Below, in pieces: positions 7,858-16,138 of a stretch of DNA of 38,118 nucleotides. Numbering within the stretch: the stretch's first letter is position 1; each line of letters begins with the position of its first letter. Source of the stretch: a bacterium (GTDB taxonomy: Bacteria > Zhuqueibacterota > Zhuqueibacteria > Oceanimicrobiales > Oceanimicrobiaceae); NCBI GenBank assembly GCA_046757525.1, contig JBHHYI010000019.1:1-38118 (forward strand), given 5' to 3'. Made by a program: the position numbers and the translations under genes. The notes below the pieces were generated by a model, which was not told where the DNA came from, searched no databases, and saw nothing but the letters and a program-made list of their open reading frames with translations.

Positions 7858-9174
7858 CTAAAAAGACAAGCCAACTCCAAATTCCCACTGGTCCATTTTT
7901 AATTCGATGGTTTGCTGCCCCGGAACTTCCAATGGATTGGGACCAGTAACACTTTCAGAGAAGGCACGCATGACCACAAGATTCAACTCCTTGTCTCCAA
8001 TGGCCCGACTAAAGCCAAAGGTGAAATGCTGTTCAATGACGCCGGGAGCCAGAATATTGAATAGCACTTCGCTTTCCGATATGGGTTGGTCACCAAACGA
8101 ATAACCGGTGCGCCAGGTCCAGCCTCCGCCGGTCTGCAATTGCAGGCCAAACTTGAACACGGTCATATCGTCCCAGCCGAAGCCTGAGCTGTTGTCGCTC
8201 CCTAATGGCTGAAAATTGGGATTGGGACTACCGTCGGGCAAAACCGGGGAAAGGGTGCCCAGGTTCAGGGGATTGCCAACCGAAGCGATGTCGCTGTAGA
8301 GCATTTGCTGAACATCGAACACTAAATAGAAAGCTTCGAAACCGAGTGCCACGCCCACCGTCCAGCTCGCCGGCACGTCAAAATCACCCTGTTCGGCAAA
8401 CAGCCCGGCATAATCGTTAAATTCGTTCATGTAGACTTTTGTCTCGAAAGAGGCGCCGACAGCCACAAAATCAAGCCACTCGCCCAAATAGCCAACTTTC
8501 AAACCCAAACCCAGTTTGTTGTTGTGATTGTTGTTGGTCAGATTTGTGGGGTCGTTGGAGAAATTGCCAAAGGCCTGCAACCCTCGGGCCTCGAAGGTCT
8601 GAAAGGCAAAGATCGGCGTAATGCCGAAGGCATGTCTTTCTCCAAGCAAAAAGGAAAAGGTTGGCGCAATGAATAACTGTGCTAAATCAACCCCGGTGGG
8701 TGAAGTCCCGAAAAATGTATTGGCATTGTAAGTGGTGTTCATGCCGCCATTGCCGTACAGCGACACGCCCACAGAAAAAGTTTCATCCTCATTCAGAGGC
8801 CAATTGGCGGCCAGAGAGGGAATCACAAACACCTTGGTACCACTCTCCACCTTTCCAGGCGTCAGTCCAAAGGTGCCTGGAGCACCGGAGGGAGCTCCTT
8901 TGACGGTATATTCACGGTTAGGGTTGAAAATAGCGACCGCGACATCGTAGCGTCGACCTACAAACGCCATGGCCGCGGGGTTGGTCGCCGCCGCCATCGG
9001 ACTAAGGTGCAAGGCCACGCCTGCTCCCGCAAGCCCTTTGTATTTCATGCCGTAGCCGTGTGAAAAGTAGCCGTTGGTCGCGTAAGCGTCGCTTCCGGCA
9101 ACCACCAATACCACGATCACCGCAAGCAAGCAAATCAACAGGCCTTCCACACCGGGGAATTTGTTCTGCTTCAT
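7858..9174 (-). CDS. FadL/OmpP1/TodX-family outer-membrane channel
   Basis: Signal peptide ending AYA, ATNGYFSHGYG, NPAAM hatch motif, alternating beta strands, C-terminal Phe. Confidence 0.88.
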   Translation of the reverse strand: MKQNKFPGVEGLLICLLAVIVVLVVAGSDAYATNGYFSHGYGMKYKGLAGAGVALHLSPMAAATNPAAMAFVGRRYDVAVAIFNPNREYTVKGAPSGAPGTFGLTPGKVESGTKVFVIPSLAANWPLNEDETFSVGVSLYGNGGMNTTYNANTFFGTSPTGVDLAQLFIAPTFSFLLGERHAFGITPIFAFQTFEARGLQAFGNFSNDPTNLTNNNHNNKLGLGLKVGYLGEWLDFVAVGASFETKVYMNEFNDYAGLFAEQGDFDVPASWTVGVALGFEAFYLVFDVQQMLYSDIASVGNPLNLGTLSPVLPDGSPNPNFQPLGSDNSSGFGWDDMTVFKFGLQLQTGGGWTWRTGYSFGDQPISESEVLFNILAPGVIEQHFTFGFSRAIGDKELNLVVMRAFSESVTGPNPLEVPGQQTIELKMDQWEFGVGLSF

Positions 9175-9290
9175 GTGCCTGCCCTCCTTCTGAGTTAGCC
9201 GTGTGCCCCCCTGATGACCAGATTCCGGTATGAACCATTCCCAAATCCACTACCCACAAAATCGCAACTTTTTTGTGCCTGGGATTTGAA

Positions 9291-9812
9291 TCAGATGAAT
9301 AGGCTCACATCAGCGTCGGCAGCATATTCGAGAAATGTAGCGGCGCCTCCGATTTCGCATTCTGGAATAAAGTCTTCTCTTTTGAACCCGAACACGTCCA
9401 TGGTCATCTGGCAGCCAATCAGACGCATGTCGTCCATCTCCACGCACATGTCGCGAAGCTGTTCGATGGTTGCCACCCCCTTTTTCTTAAAGGTCTTTTT
9501 CATCAGGTTGGTGGCCACGCTTTCAAAGCCGGGGATGTTCGACACCACCGCGTTGGGAATCTGCCAGTTGATTTTCTGAAGGCCTTCCGGCCCAAACGGC
9601 AGCTTCATCGGCATGGCCGGATTGCCCACGGGCGAAACGGTTGCGTCTAACTTCTTCTTCAACAAAGGCAAGCCGTAAAAAGTAAAAAAGACCGCGACTT
9701 CCCAGTCCATGGCCCCCGCGGCGCTGGCCAGAATAAAAGGTGGATAAGCCCAATCCAGCGTGCCCTTGCTGGAAACCAACGCTAAGCGACGTTTACCATT
9801 GCTTTTTGACAT
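9291..9812 (-). CDS. dsrE2: DsrE2-type sulfur carrier
   Basis: SKGTLDWAYPPFILAS, FFTFYGL, IGCQMTMD; directly downstream of tusA. Confidence 0.88.
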   Translation of the reverse strand: MSKSNGKRRLALVSSKGTLDWAYPPFILASAAGAMDWEVAVFFTFYGLPLLKKKLDATVSPVGNPAMPMKLPFGPEGLQKINWQIPNAVVSNIPGFESVATNLMKKTFKKKGVATIEQLRDMCVEMDDMRLIGCQMTMDVFGFKREDFIPECEIGGAATFLEYAADADVSLFI

Positions 9813-9827
9813 CTTAGACCTCCCGCA

Positions 9828-10070
9828 CTAATGCGTCTTTTTTATGAGAAAACGAAACCTTGAATTGCCCTCGTCCTGGGCCTCCAACAGCTCATGATTG
9901 GTTTGCCTGGCCCAGGCTTCCATGTCGGGAATGGATCCGGGGTCCGTGGAAACCATTTCTAAGACCTCGCCCACCTCCAGCTCCTGAATGGCCTTTTTCG
10001 TTTTCACAACCGGCATGGGACAGAGCAATCCGGAACAATCCAGCGTCTTAGCAATCTCGAGATCTGCCAT
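9828..10070 (-). CDS. tusA: TusA sulfur carrier
   Basis: LDCSGLLCPMPV (CPxP), STDPGS..DM.AW. Confidence 0.93.
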   Translation of the reverse strand: MADLEIAKTLDCSGLLCPMPVVKTKKAIQELEVGEVLEMVSTDPGSIPDMEAWARQTNHELLEAQDEGNSRFRFLIKKTH

Positions 10071-10317
10071 GATTTTCTCCTACATTTTGTTTTTGGATGT
10101 AAAACCGGTATACCTTATCACAACAATAATAGTCGAGAAGATTATTTCCTGTGAGCTTGGCCCAGGCTTTCATATCGGCTTCAGAGGCCGGATCGTCGGA
10201 CACCATTTCAAGAATGTCACCGTGACACATCCTGTCCAGCGTCCGCTTGATCAAAAAAATGGGCCAGGGATCGTACAGTCCACGGCAATCTAATCTGCTG
10301 CTAATGACCATGAGCAT
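10048..10317 (-). CDS. TusA-like paralog with DPWP in place of CPxP
   Basis: LDCRGLYDPWPI, GDILEMVSDDPASEADMKAW; AAGGA RBS 7 nt before ATG 10317 (ORF-track start 10434 lies upstream of the promoter). Confidence 0.8.
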   Translation of the reverse strand: MLMVISSRLDCRGLYDPWPIFLIKRTLDRMCHGDILEMVSDDPASEADMKAWAKLTGNNLLDYYCCDKVYRFYIQKQNVGENHGRSRDC

Positions 10318-10353
10318 TGAAGAATCCTTGCGTAAATTAGTATTCTGAATAAC

Positions 10354-10368
10354 GCAAACTTTGTACCA
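10354..10368 (-). promoter_or_regulatory. Sigma-54 (-24/-12) promoter of the tusA..shdr operon
   Basis: TGGTAC-AAAGT-TTGC with exact GG-N10-GC spacing, about 37 nt upstream of ATG 10317; adjacent sigma-54 activator gene. Confidence 0.8.
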
Positions 10369-10648
10369 GCATGTTACAAAACAGTCGCAAAAGTATTTTG
10401 AACGCCGAGGCCTCAAGCAAGAACGGTTACTCATTGATTACCTGAGACTTATTCAGGGTGTCGTCGAACACTAATTCTGCCACGGTTAGCCATAGGGCTA
10501 AAAACGGCCGCGACAATTGAGGTAAATATACCCCATTTTCGCAAATAAGCCATAATCTAATGATGAAGTAGGGAGTGCATTGACTGTGTCAATGAGGCGG
10601 CTGTCCCAAAAACCCAGATGGTCATTCCGAATCCGGCGAACGCCTTTT

Positions 10649-10785
10649 GGCGTCAACTTAAAGGGCGTCTAACCACCTGATTGTCACCCCGAGCGGAGTC
10701 CGGCAGTTGCCGGACGTAGTCGAGGGGTCTGATTTAGGCACAAAGCAGATTTCTCGTCAGGCAGCCGCCTGACTCGAAATGACAG
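10649..10785 (+). repeat. MITE-like composite repeat, copy 1 (short)
   Basis: GGCGTCAACTTAA..GTCACCCCGAGCGGAGTCCGGCAGTTGCCGGACGTAGTCGAGGGGTCTGATTTAGG..CCTGACTCGAAATGACAG; near-identical to copies 2 and 3. Confidence 0.92.
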
Positions 10786-10933
10786 GACCGTTGAGACTGT
10801 TTTGACCACTGGAGGCTCTCGGAGCATGGCCTGCGAGCAAAGCCACATCATCGGCTCCAATTGCAATCACCTATCACTGAGCACAATTGCTTTTGCCAGT
10901 CGTTGTTCCCGACGAAGAATGCTCGCCCCCAAC

Positions 10934-12784
10934 CTATTCGGGTTCCTCTTCGGGTGTAATTTGCGGCTGGCCCGGGCGATCGTAGAACAGCCGCACCCGG
11001 TACTTTTTTTCGCCTTGACTGTTGATGTATTGTAAGGCTCTGTCCAAGGCTTGCCTGGTGGATTTTAATACGGCGAGGTCGGAGAAGAAAATGTTTTCTT
11101 CTCCGATGACTTTGTCTACGCCGGAGCGTCGAAATATGCGCTCTACCTCTCCGGTGACGCCGGAAATGATCAGGAGCTTGTGATTGTTTTTCATATTTTC
11201 AATGAATTGCATTAAGGCCAAAAGGGAGGTAGCATCCAGGCAGCAGGCCCGCTTCATCCTCAAAATGAGCACCTTCAGGCCAGGGCGTTTGGCAATCCGG
11301 CCAATTTCATTTTCCAAAAAATCTGCTGCGCCAAAAAAGATATCCCCTTCGATGTGGACGATGGAAATCTCGGGTATATGCCGCTCATTGGCAGGCTCTA
11401 ACTCTTGAAAACCGTTAGCTTCATCATATTCCAGTTCAATCAACCGCGGATGCTGCACTTTGTTCAGGAACAAAACCAGGGACAGGGCCACCCCGATATA
11501 GATCGCCGTATCCAATTGAAACACCAGAGTAGCCAGGAATGTGGCCAGCATCACAGCCGCATCCGACCTTGTGGTTCTAAGAGAAAGCCGCACCTGCTTC
11601 CAGTCAACCATTTTTGTGGCGATGACCATGATGATTCCTGCGAGGGAAGCAATGGGGATGTTCTTGGCGAGTGGCCCAAAAAGCACCACAACGATTGACA
11701 GGATAACCGCAGAAATTGCGGAGGCAAAACGGGTTTGCGCCCCCACGCGATAATTGAGAGCCGTTCGGGTAAAAGAGCCTGAAGTGGGCATGCCGCTGAA
11801 GAAAGCCACGGCCATTTTTGCCAAACCCTGTCCCACAAATTCCTGATTGACCTGAAGCTTGTCTCCGGCAAGCGTGGCAACTGACTTGCCGCTGGCCACC
11901 GCCTCTGCGGTAGAGATGAGGGCCAGCGCCAAAGCACTGGGTACAAGCGTTTGGATGGATTGCCAACTAAAGTCGGGCGTGCTCAACGGCGGCAGCGTGC
12001 TCGACACCCTTCCTACCACTGCCACCCCTTGATCCGCCAGACCGGTAGTGGCCACCACGGCGGCAGCGCCCAAAACAGCCAGCAAATAAGAGGGCAGGTA
12101 GGTCACCCCTTTGGAAGACCTGGGACTAATCTTATTCAACAGTAGGACCAGTAGAATCGTGCCGAGGCCGATCAAGAGCGTGGGGCTGTCGATCTCCCCG
12201 GTGTTCTTCGCAACCGCTAAAATTCCATTCATCACCGACAAACTGGCATGTTTCGGCAAACCAAGAATATTTGGCAATTGCGTAACAAAGATCAAAACAC
12301 TGGCGCCACCGGTGAATCCCACCAGGACCGATCGGGAGATGAACTGCGTGAGATTGCCAAACCGCAGGATGCCGGCGCCCAGTTGGAAAAAACCAGCGAG
12401 GAAAGACAGGAGAAAAAGGTAACCCAAAAAATTGTCCTGCAACAAAAAGGGGGCGATGGCAGCCCCAATGACGATGGAACTCGTATTGGTAGGACCGGTG
12501 TGTAAATGGCGCGAGGAACCGAACAAGGCCCCAACCAGGCTGCCAATGATGACTGCGTGGATGCCGTAGTTCGGATCGATGCCCACAATCAAAGCAAAAG
12601 CCATCGATTGGGGCAGCGCCACCAGGGCGACCGTCACGCCGGCCATGAGGTCGGCGCGAAATGAACTTCTGTCATAGTTTTGCACGGTCTCCAGAAACGG
12701 AAACCACTTGTTCAATCTCAGAGCAGATCTAACAGGGTGAGAGTTGGGCTGGCTATCCTTGTGTTGGGTCTGAGCACTTTTCAC
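10934..12784 (-). CDS. SulP (SLC26) anion transporter with STAS domain
   Basis: DLMAGVTVALVALPQSMAFA, GSS..GPT, GSFTRT, NQE; C-terminal STAS (FFGAA, LDATS). Confidence 0.93.
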   Translation of the reverse strand: MKSAQTQHKDSQPNSHPVRSALRLNKWFPFLETVQNYDRSSFRADLMAGVTVALVALPQSMAFALIVGIDPNYGIHAVIIGSLVGALFGSSRHLHTGPTNTSSIVIGAAIAPFLLQDNFLGYLFLLSFLAGFFQLGAGILRFGNLTQFISRSVLVGFTGGASVLIFVTQLPNILGLPKHASLSVMNGILAVAKNTGEIDSPTLLIGLGTILLVLLLNKISPRSSKGVTYLPSYLLAVLGAAAVVATTGLADQGVAVVGRVSSTLPPLSTPDFSWQSIQTLVPSALALALISTAEAVASGKSVATLAGDKLQVNQEFVGQGLAKMAVAFFSGMPTSGSFTRTALNYRVGAQTRFASAISAVILSIVVVLFGPLAKNIPIASLAGIIMVIATKMVDWKQVRLSLRTTRSDAAVMLATFLATLVFQLDTAIYIGVALSLVLFLNKVQHPRLIELEYDEANGFQELEPANERHIPEISIVHIEGDIFFGAADFLENEIGRIAKRPGLKVLILRMKRACCLDATSLLALMQFIENMKNNHKLLIISGVTGEVERIFRRSGVDKVIGEENIFFSDLAVLKSTRQALDRALQYINSQGEKKYRVRLFYDRPGQPQITPEEEPE

Positions 12785-12785
12785 T

Positions 12786-14183
12786 TTAGTCTCGATAGTC
12801 CCATTTGCTAATGGCGTGTTTTTTCATTTTTTGACAGAAATTCTTGTAGTGGATGTTGGCATCCCTGGCAGCCTCGGTGATGTTGCCCTGGTGTTTGGTC
12901 AACATGCGCGTGATGTATTCGCGCTCAAATTTGTTGATCAATTGGGACTTTAGTTTGTTGAAAGGGATGTTTTCATTGATGAAGTAGCGGTAGCTGAAAT
13001 CTTCGGGATGCTTGATGCATGAAGAGATGCTTTCCAAAGAAATCTTCTCCGTCTTTTCCAAAATAATCGCCCGTTCCATGACGTTTTCCAGTTGGCGAAT
13101 GTTCCCGGGCCAGTCCTGACTGACCAGCATGAGAATGGCGTCTTGAGAGATGTCCTTGACCGGCTTGTTGAACCGTTCGGAGTGGAGCTTGAGGAAATGA
13201 AAAGCCAGCAGCGGAATGTCGTCCAGTCGTTCGCGCAGGGAAGGCACTTCGATAGGGATTACGTTAAGCCGGTAAAACAGGTCTTCGCGAAATTCTCCGT
13301 TGGCCACAGCCTTTTCCAGGTCTCTATTGGTTGCAGAAATGATGCGCACGTTGGTCTTGAGGGTCCGATTGCCGCCGACACGCTCAAATTCTTTTTCCTG
13401 CAAAAAACGCAGCAGCTTCGATTGGGTGGTAAGCGGGATGTCACCGATTTCGTCGAAAAACAAAGTGCCGCCGTCGGCCTGCTCAAATCGACCCACACGG
13501 GTTTTGACCGCACCGGTGAAGGCCCCTTTTTCGTGGCCGAAAAGTTCGCTCTCCAACAGCGTCTCCGAAAAAGCAACGCAATTGACCCGCACAAATTCTT
13601 GATTTTTTCGCGGACTGTTGAAGTGGAGCGCTTTTGCGATTAGCTCCTTGCCGGTGCCGGTTTCACCCCGAATCAAGACCGTGGCATCGGTTTCGGCCAC
13701 GTCGACGATCAGATTGAAAATGGCTTGCATCTTCTCGTTCTCACCCACGATGTTTTCGAAGCCGTACCTCGAGGTGACCTCTCGGCGCAGGCGTTTCACC
13801 TCCTCACGCAAGTATTGCTGCTGCACCGCGTTCTTGACCACCAGAGCCAACTCATCGTAGTTGACGGGCTTGGTCAAGTAATTGACGGCGCCCATCTGCA
13901 TGGCCTTCACCGCCTGTTCAATGGTACCGTGCGCGGTGACCACAATCACGGGGACCTCGATGGCCAGTTTCTCCATTTGTTCCATGAGCTCCAGGCCGTT
14001 TAGTTTGGGCATCAAATAGTCCACAATGACCGAGTCGTACGATTCGCACTTCAGCTTTTCCAAAGCCAACAAGCCATCCTCGGCGGTGTCCACTTCGTAG
14101 CCCTCTCGCCTTAAATTGGCTTCCATGACTTTGAGAATTGCGGCCTCATCGTCAATGACTAATATGGTCTTCCTGCGCCTCAT
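12786..14183 (-). CDS. Sigma-54-dependent response regulator (NtrC/AtoC family)
   Basis: REC (IDDE, DYLMP), GETGTGKE, ESELFGHEKGAFTGA, WPGNIRQL, C-terminal HTH. Confidence 0.95.
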   Translation of the reverse strand: MRRRKTILVIDDEAAILKVMEANLRREGYEVDTAEDGLLALEKLKCESYDSVIVDYLMPKLNGLELMEQMEKLAIEVPVIVVTAHGTIEQAVKAMQMGAVNYLTKPVNYDELALVVKNAVQQQYLREEVKRLRREVTSRYGFENIVGENEKMQAIFNLIVDVAETDATVLIRGETGTGKELIAKALHFNSPRKNQEFVRVNCVAFSETLLESELFGHEKGAFTGAVKTRVGRFEQADGGTLFFDEIGDIPLTTQSKLLRFLQEKEFERVGGNRTLKTNVRIISATNRDLEKAVANGEFREDLFYRLNVIPIEVPSLRERLDDIPLLAFHFLKLHSERFNKPVKDISQDAILMLVSQDWPGNIRQLENVMERAIILEKTEKISLESISSCIKHPEDFSYRYFINENIPFNKLKSQLINKFEREYITRMLTKHQGNITEAARDANIHYKNFCQKMKKHAISKWDYRD

Positions 14184-15672
14184 ACTTTTTGAGCTCCACG
14201 GGAAAAGTCAAGATGACATCGGTGCCCTTGCCCTTTTGGCTCTTAATCTCTATACCTCCGTGATGGTTATCGATGATTTTTTTGACGATGGTCAAACCAA
14301 GGCCGGTCCCTTTGGTCTTGGTCGTATAAAATGGCTTGAACAGATCTTCCGAATCTTTACACATGATGCCGCAGCCGTTGTCGCTGACCACCAACTGCAG
14401 CATTCCGTCGGTCTTGAGTTTTCCATTGGGCGCCATCTTGAGGGTAATCCTCAGGTGGCCGCCGGATTCCATGGCATCTACGGAATTCAGAATCAGATTC
14501 AGCAAAGCCTGTTCCATTTGCGCTTCGTCCAGCGGGATTTTGGGCAACCGCGGTGCAATCTCCCTGGTCACCCCTATCTGTCGGCCGCGAAGTTGGTGTT
14601 CGGCAATCATCAGGGAACGATTGACAACATTTTCCAGATCGCCGGGATGAAAGACCGCCTCCAGGGGTTTCGACAAGTCCAACAAATCGGTCGCCACCTG
14701 GTTGACCCGTTCCACCTGTTGTTCGATTAGACTCAGGTAGCTCTCAGAATCTGCGCTCGAGAATTCCGTTCTCAAATAATGGGCCGCACCTTTGATGGCA
14801 TTCAAAGGATTGCGCACCTCGTGAGCCACCTTGGCAGCCATTTCGCCGATGGCGGCCAATCTCTTTGAGCTTTCCAGATTGGCCTGCATTTTCAACGCTT
14901 CAGTGACGTCTTTAGCATATTCGATGATCTGGTCAATTTCGCCATTCTCGTTGTACAGGGGAAAATCGTGAATCTCAAAAATCTTTTCTTCGCCCCCGAG
15001 GAAGTCCAGGGTCTTGGTGCAATAGGAGGTCATGTGCTGACCCGATTTAAAGGCCATATCGGCCTTGCAAAAACTGCAGCGGTTCTGGGTGCCGTTGCAC
15101 ATCTCATAGCAATGTTGACCCTCGATTTCCGCAAGCTCACGCCCCATGATTTTTTGCATGACCGGATTGGTGCTTACGATGCGAAACTCCCGGTCGATGA
15201 TCATGATGCCGTCAGAAATGCCGTTAAAAATAGCCTCCAGTTTTTTCTTGCTTTCGCTAAGCTCCTGGGAAACCTGCTCGGCTTGTTCCTTGGAACGCGT
15301 CAGGGCATCGATATTCTCCCTGAGATGCTGCACCATCTGCTGAAATCCGTCAAACAACAGATCTATTTCGTCTAAACGTCTGCCAGAAGGATCGTCGTTA
15401 AACTGCGTGTCCAGATTCCCCTGTTGCACTTCATGAACCTTCTTCGTCAAAGAAACCACAGGTTGCACCATGAGTCTGCTGACCACAATGACTGCAAATA
15501 TGCCTACGATGACAAAGAACAAGGCAACCACGCCCACCAGGTAGACTGAATAGCCTCGGTTGAGATGGATGAGAAGCTGAAGCATCAAGCTGCCGGCAAT
15601 GGCTGAAATCACAATGACAGCAATGGACAACCCGATGAACTTATATTTAAGGCCTGTGCGTTTTAGAAACAT
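14152..15672 (-). CDS. Sensor histidine kinase (2 TM, HAMP, PAS, HisKA, HATPase)
   Basis: AHEVRNPL H-box, NLILN, DNGCGI, GTGLGL; PAS with CYEMC..CSFC. Confidence 0.94.
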   Translation of the reverse strand: MFLKRTGLKYKFIGLSIAVIVISAIAGSLMLQLLIHLNRGYSVYLVGVVALFFVIVGIFAVIVVSRLMVQPVVSLTKKVHEVQQGNLDTQFNDDPSGRRLDEIDLLFDGFQQMVQHLRENIDALTRSKEQAEQVSQELSESKKKLEAIFNGISDGIMIIDREFRIVSTNPVMQKIMGRELAEIEGQHCYEMCNGTQNRCSFCKADMAFKSGQHMTSYCTKTLDFLGGEEKIFEIHDFPLYNENGEIDQIIEYAKDVTEALKMQANLESSKRLAAIGEMAAKVAHEVRNPLNAIKGAAHYLRTEFSSADSESYLSLIEQQVERVNQVATDLLDLSKPLEAVFHPGDLENVVNRSLMIAEHQLRGRQIGVTREIAPRLPKIPLDEAQMEQALLNLILNSVDAMESGGHLRITLKMAPNGKLKTDGMLQLVVSDNGCGIMCKDSEDLFKPFYTTKTKGTGLGLTIVKKIIDNHHGGIEIKSQKGKGTDVILTFPVELKKYEAQEDHISH

Positions 15673-15743
15673 GGTTCTAAGGATTCTCGTTAATGACCGA
15701 ACAAAAACTGTTAATCATGACCTTCATTGCGAGTCAAACCGCC

Positions 15744-15959
15744 TTTTCGGAAACGCTCTGTTGTACGTAACGCAATCGTCTCGATTGCGCGTCAGGCAGG
15801 TGCCCATGGGCCTCAACTCAAGCCCCCAAACTGTCATTTCGAGTCAGGCGGCTGCCTGACTGGTTTGTGCCTAAATCAGACCCCTCGACTACGTCCGGCA
15901 ACTGCCGGACTCCGCTCGGGGTGACAATAGGGTGGTTAGACGCCCCTTAAGTTGACGCC
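15744..15959 (-). repeat. MITE-like composite repeat, copy 2
   Basis: Reverse complement aligns over about 215 nt with 22310-22527. Confidence 0.92.
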
Positions 15960-15965
15960 AAAACT

Positions 15966-16022
15966 CGAAAGCGGGAATCTATAACCTATTGTTTTCTGGA
16001 TTCCTGCTTTCGCAGGAATGAC
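15966..16022. repeat. GTCATTCC-type REP doublet, truncated at the MITE-like element
   Basis: CGAAAGCGGGAATC..GGATTCCTGCTTTCGCAGGAATGAC. Confidence 0.85.
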
Positions 16023-16138
16023 GTTGTTTTTACTCTGCTTTGCCAACATTAGGTCGTCTACTACTAACACACCAACCATTTTTGACCCAAAACTTGCTCA
16101 GGCACACAACAGCAATAAGCAAACGCTCCACTGATTAG

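Noticed and set aside
10048..10317. Selenocysteine at the TusA active site
   Set aside because: The codon is GAT (Asp), not TGA
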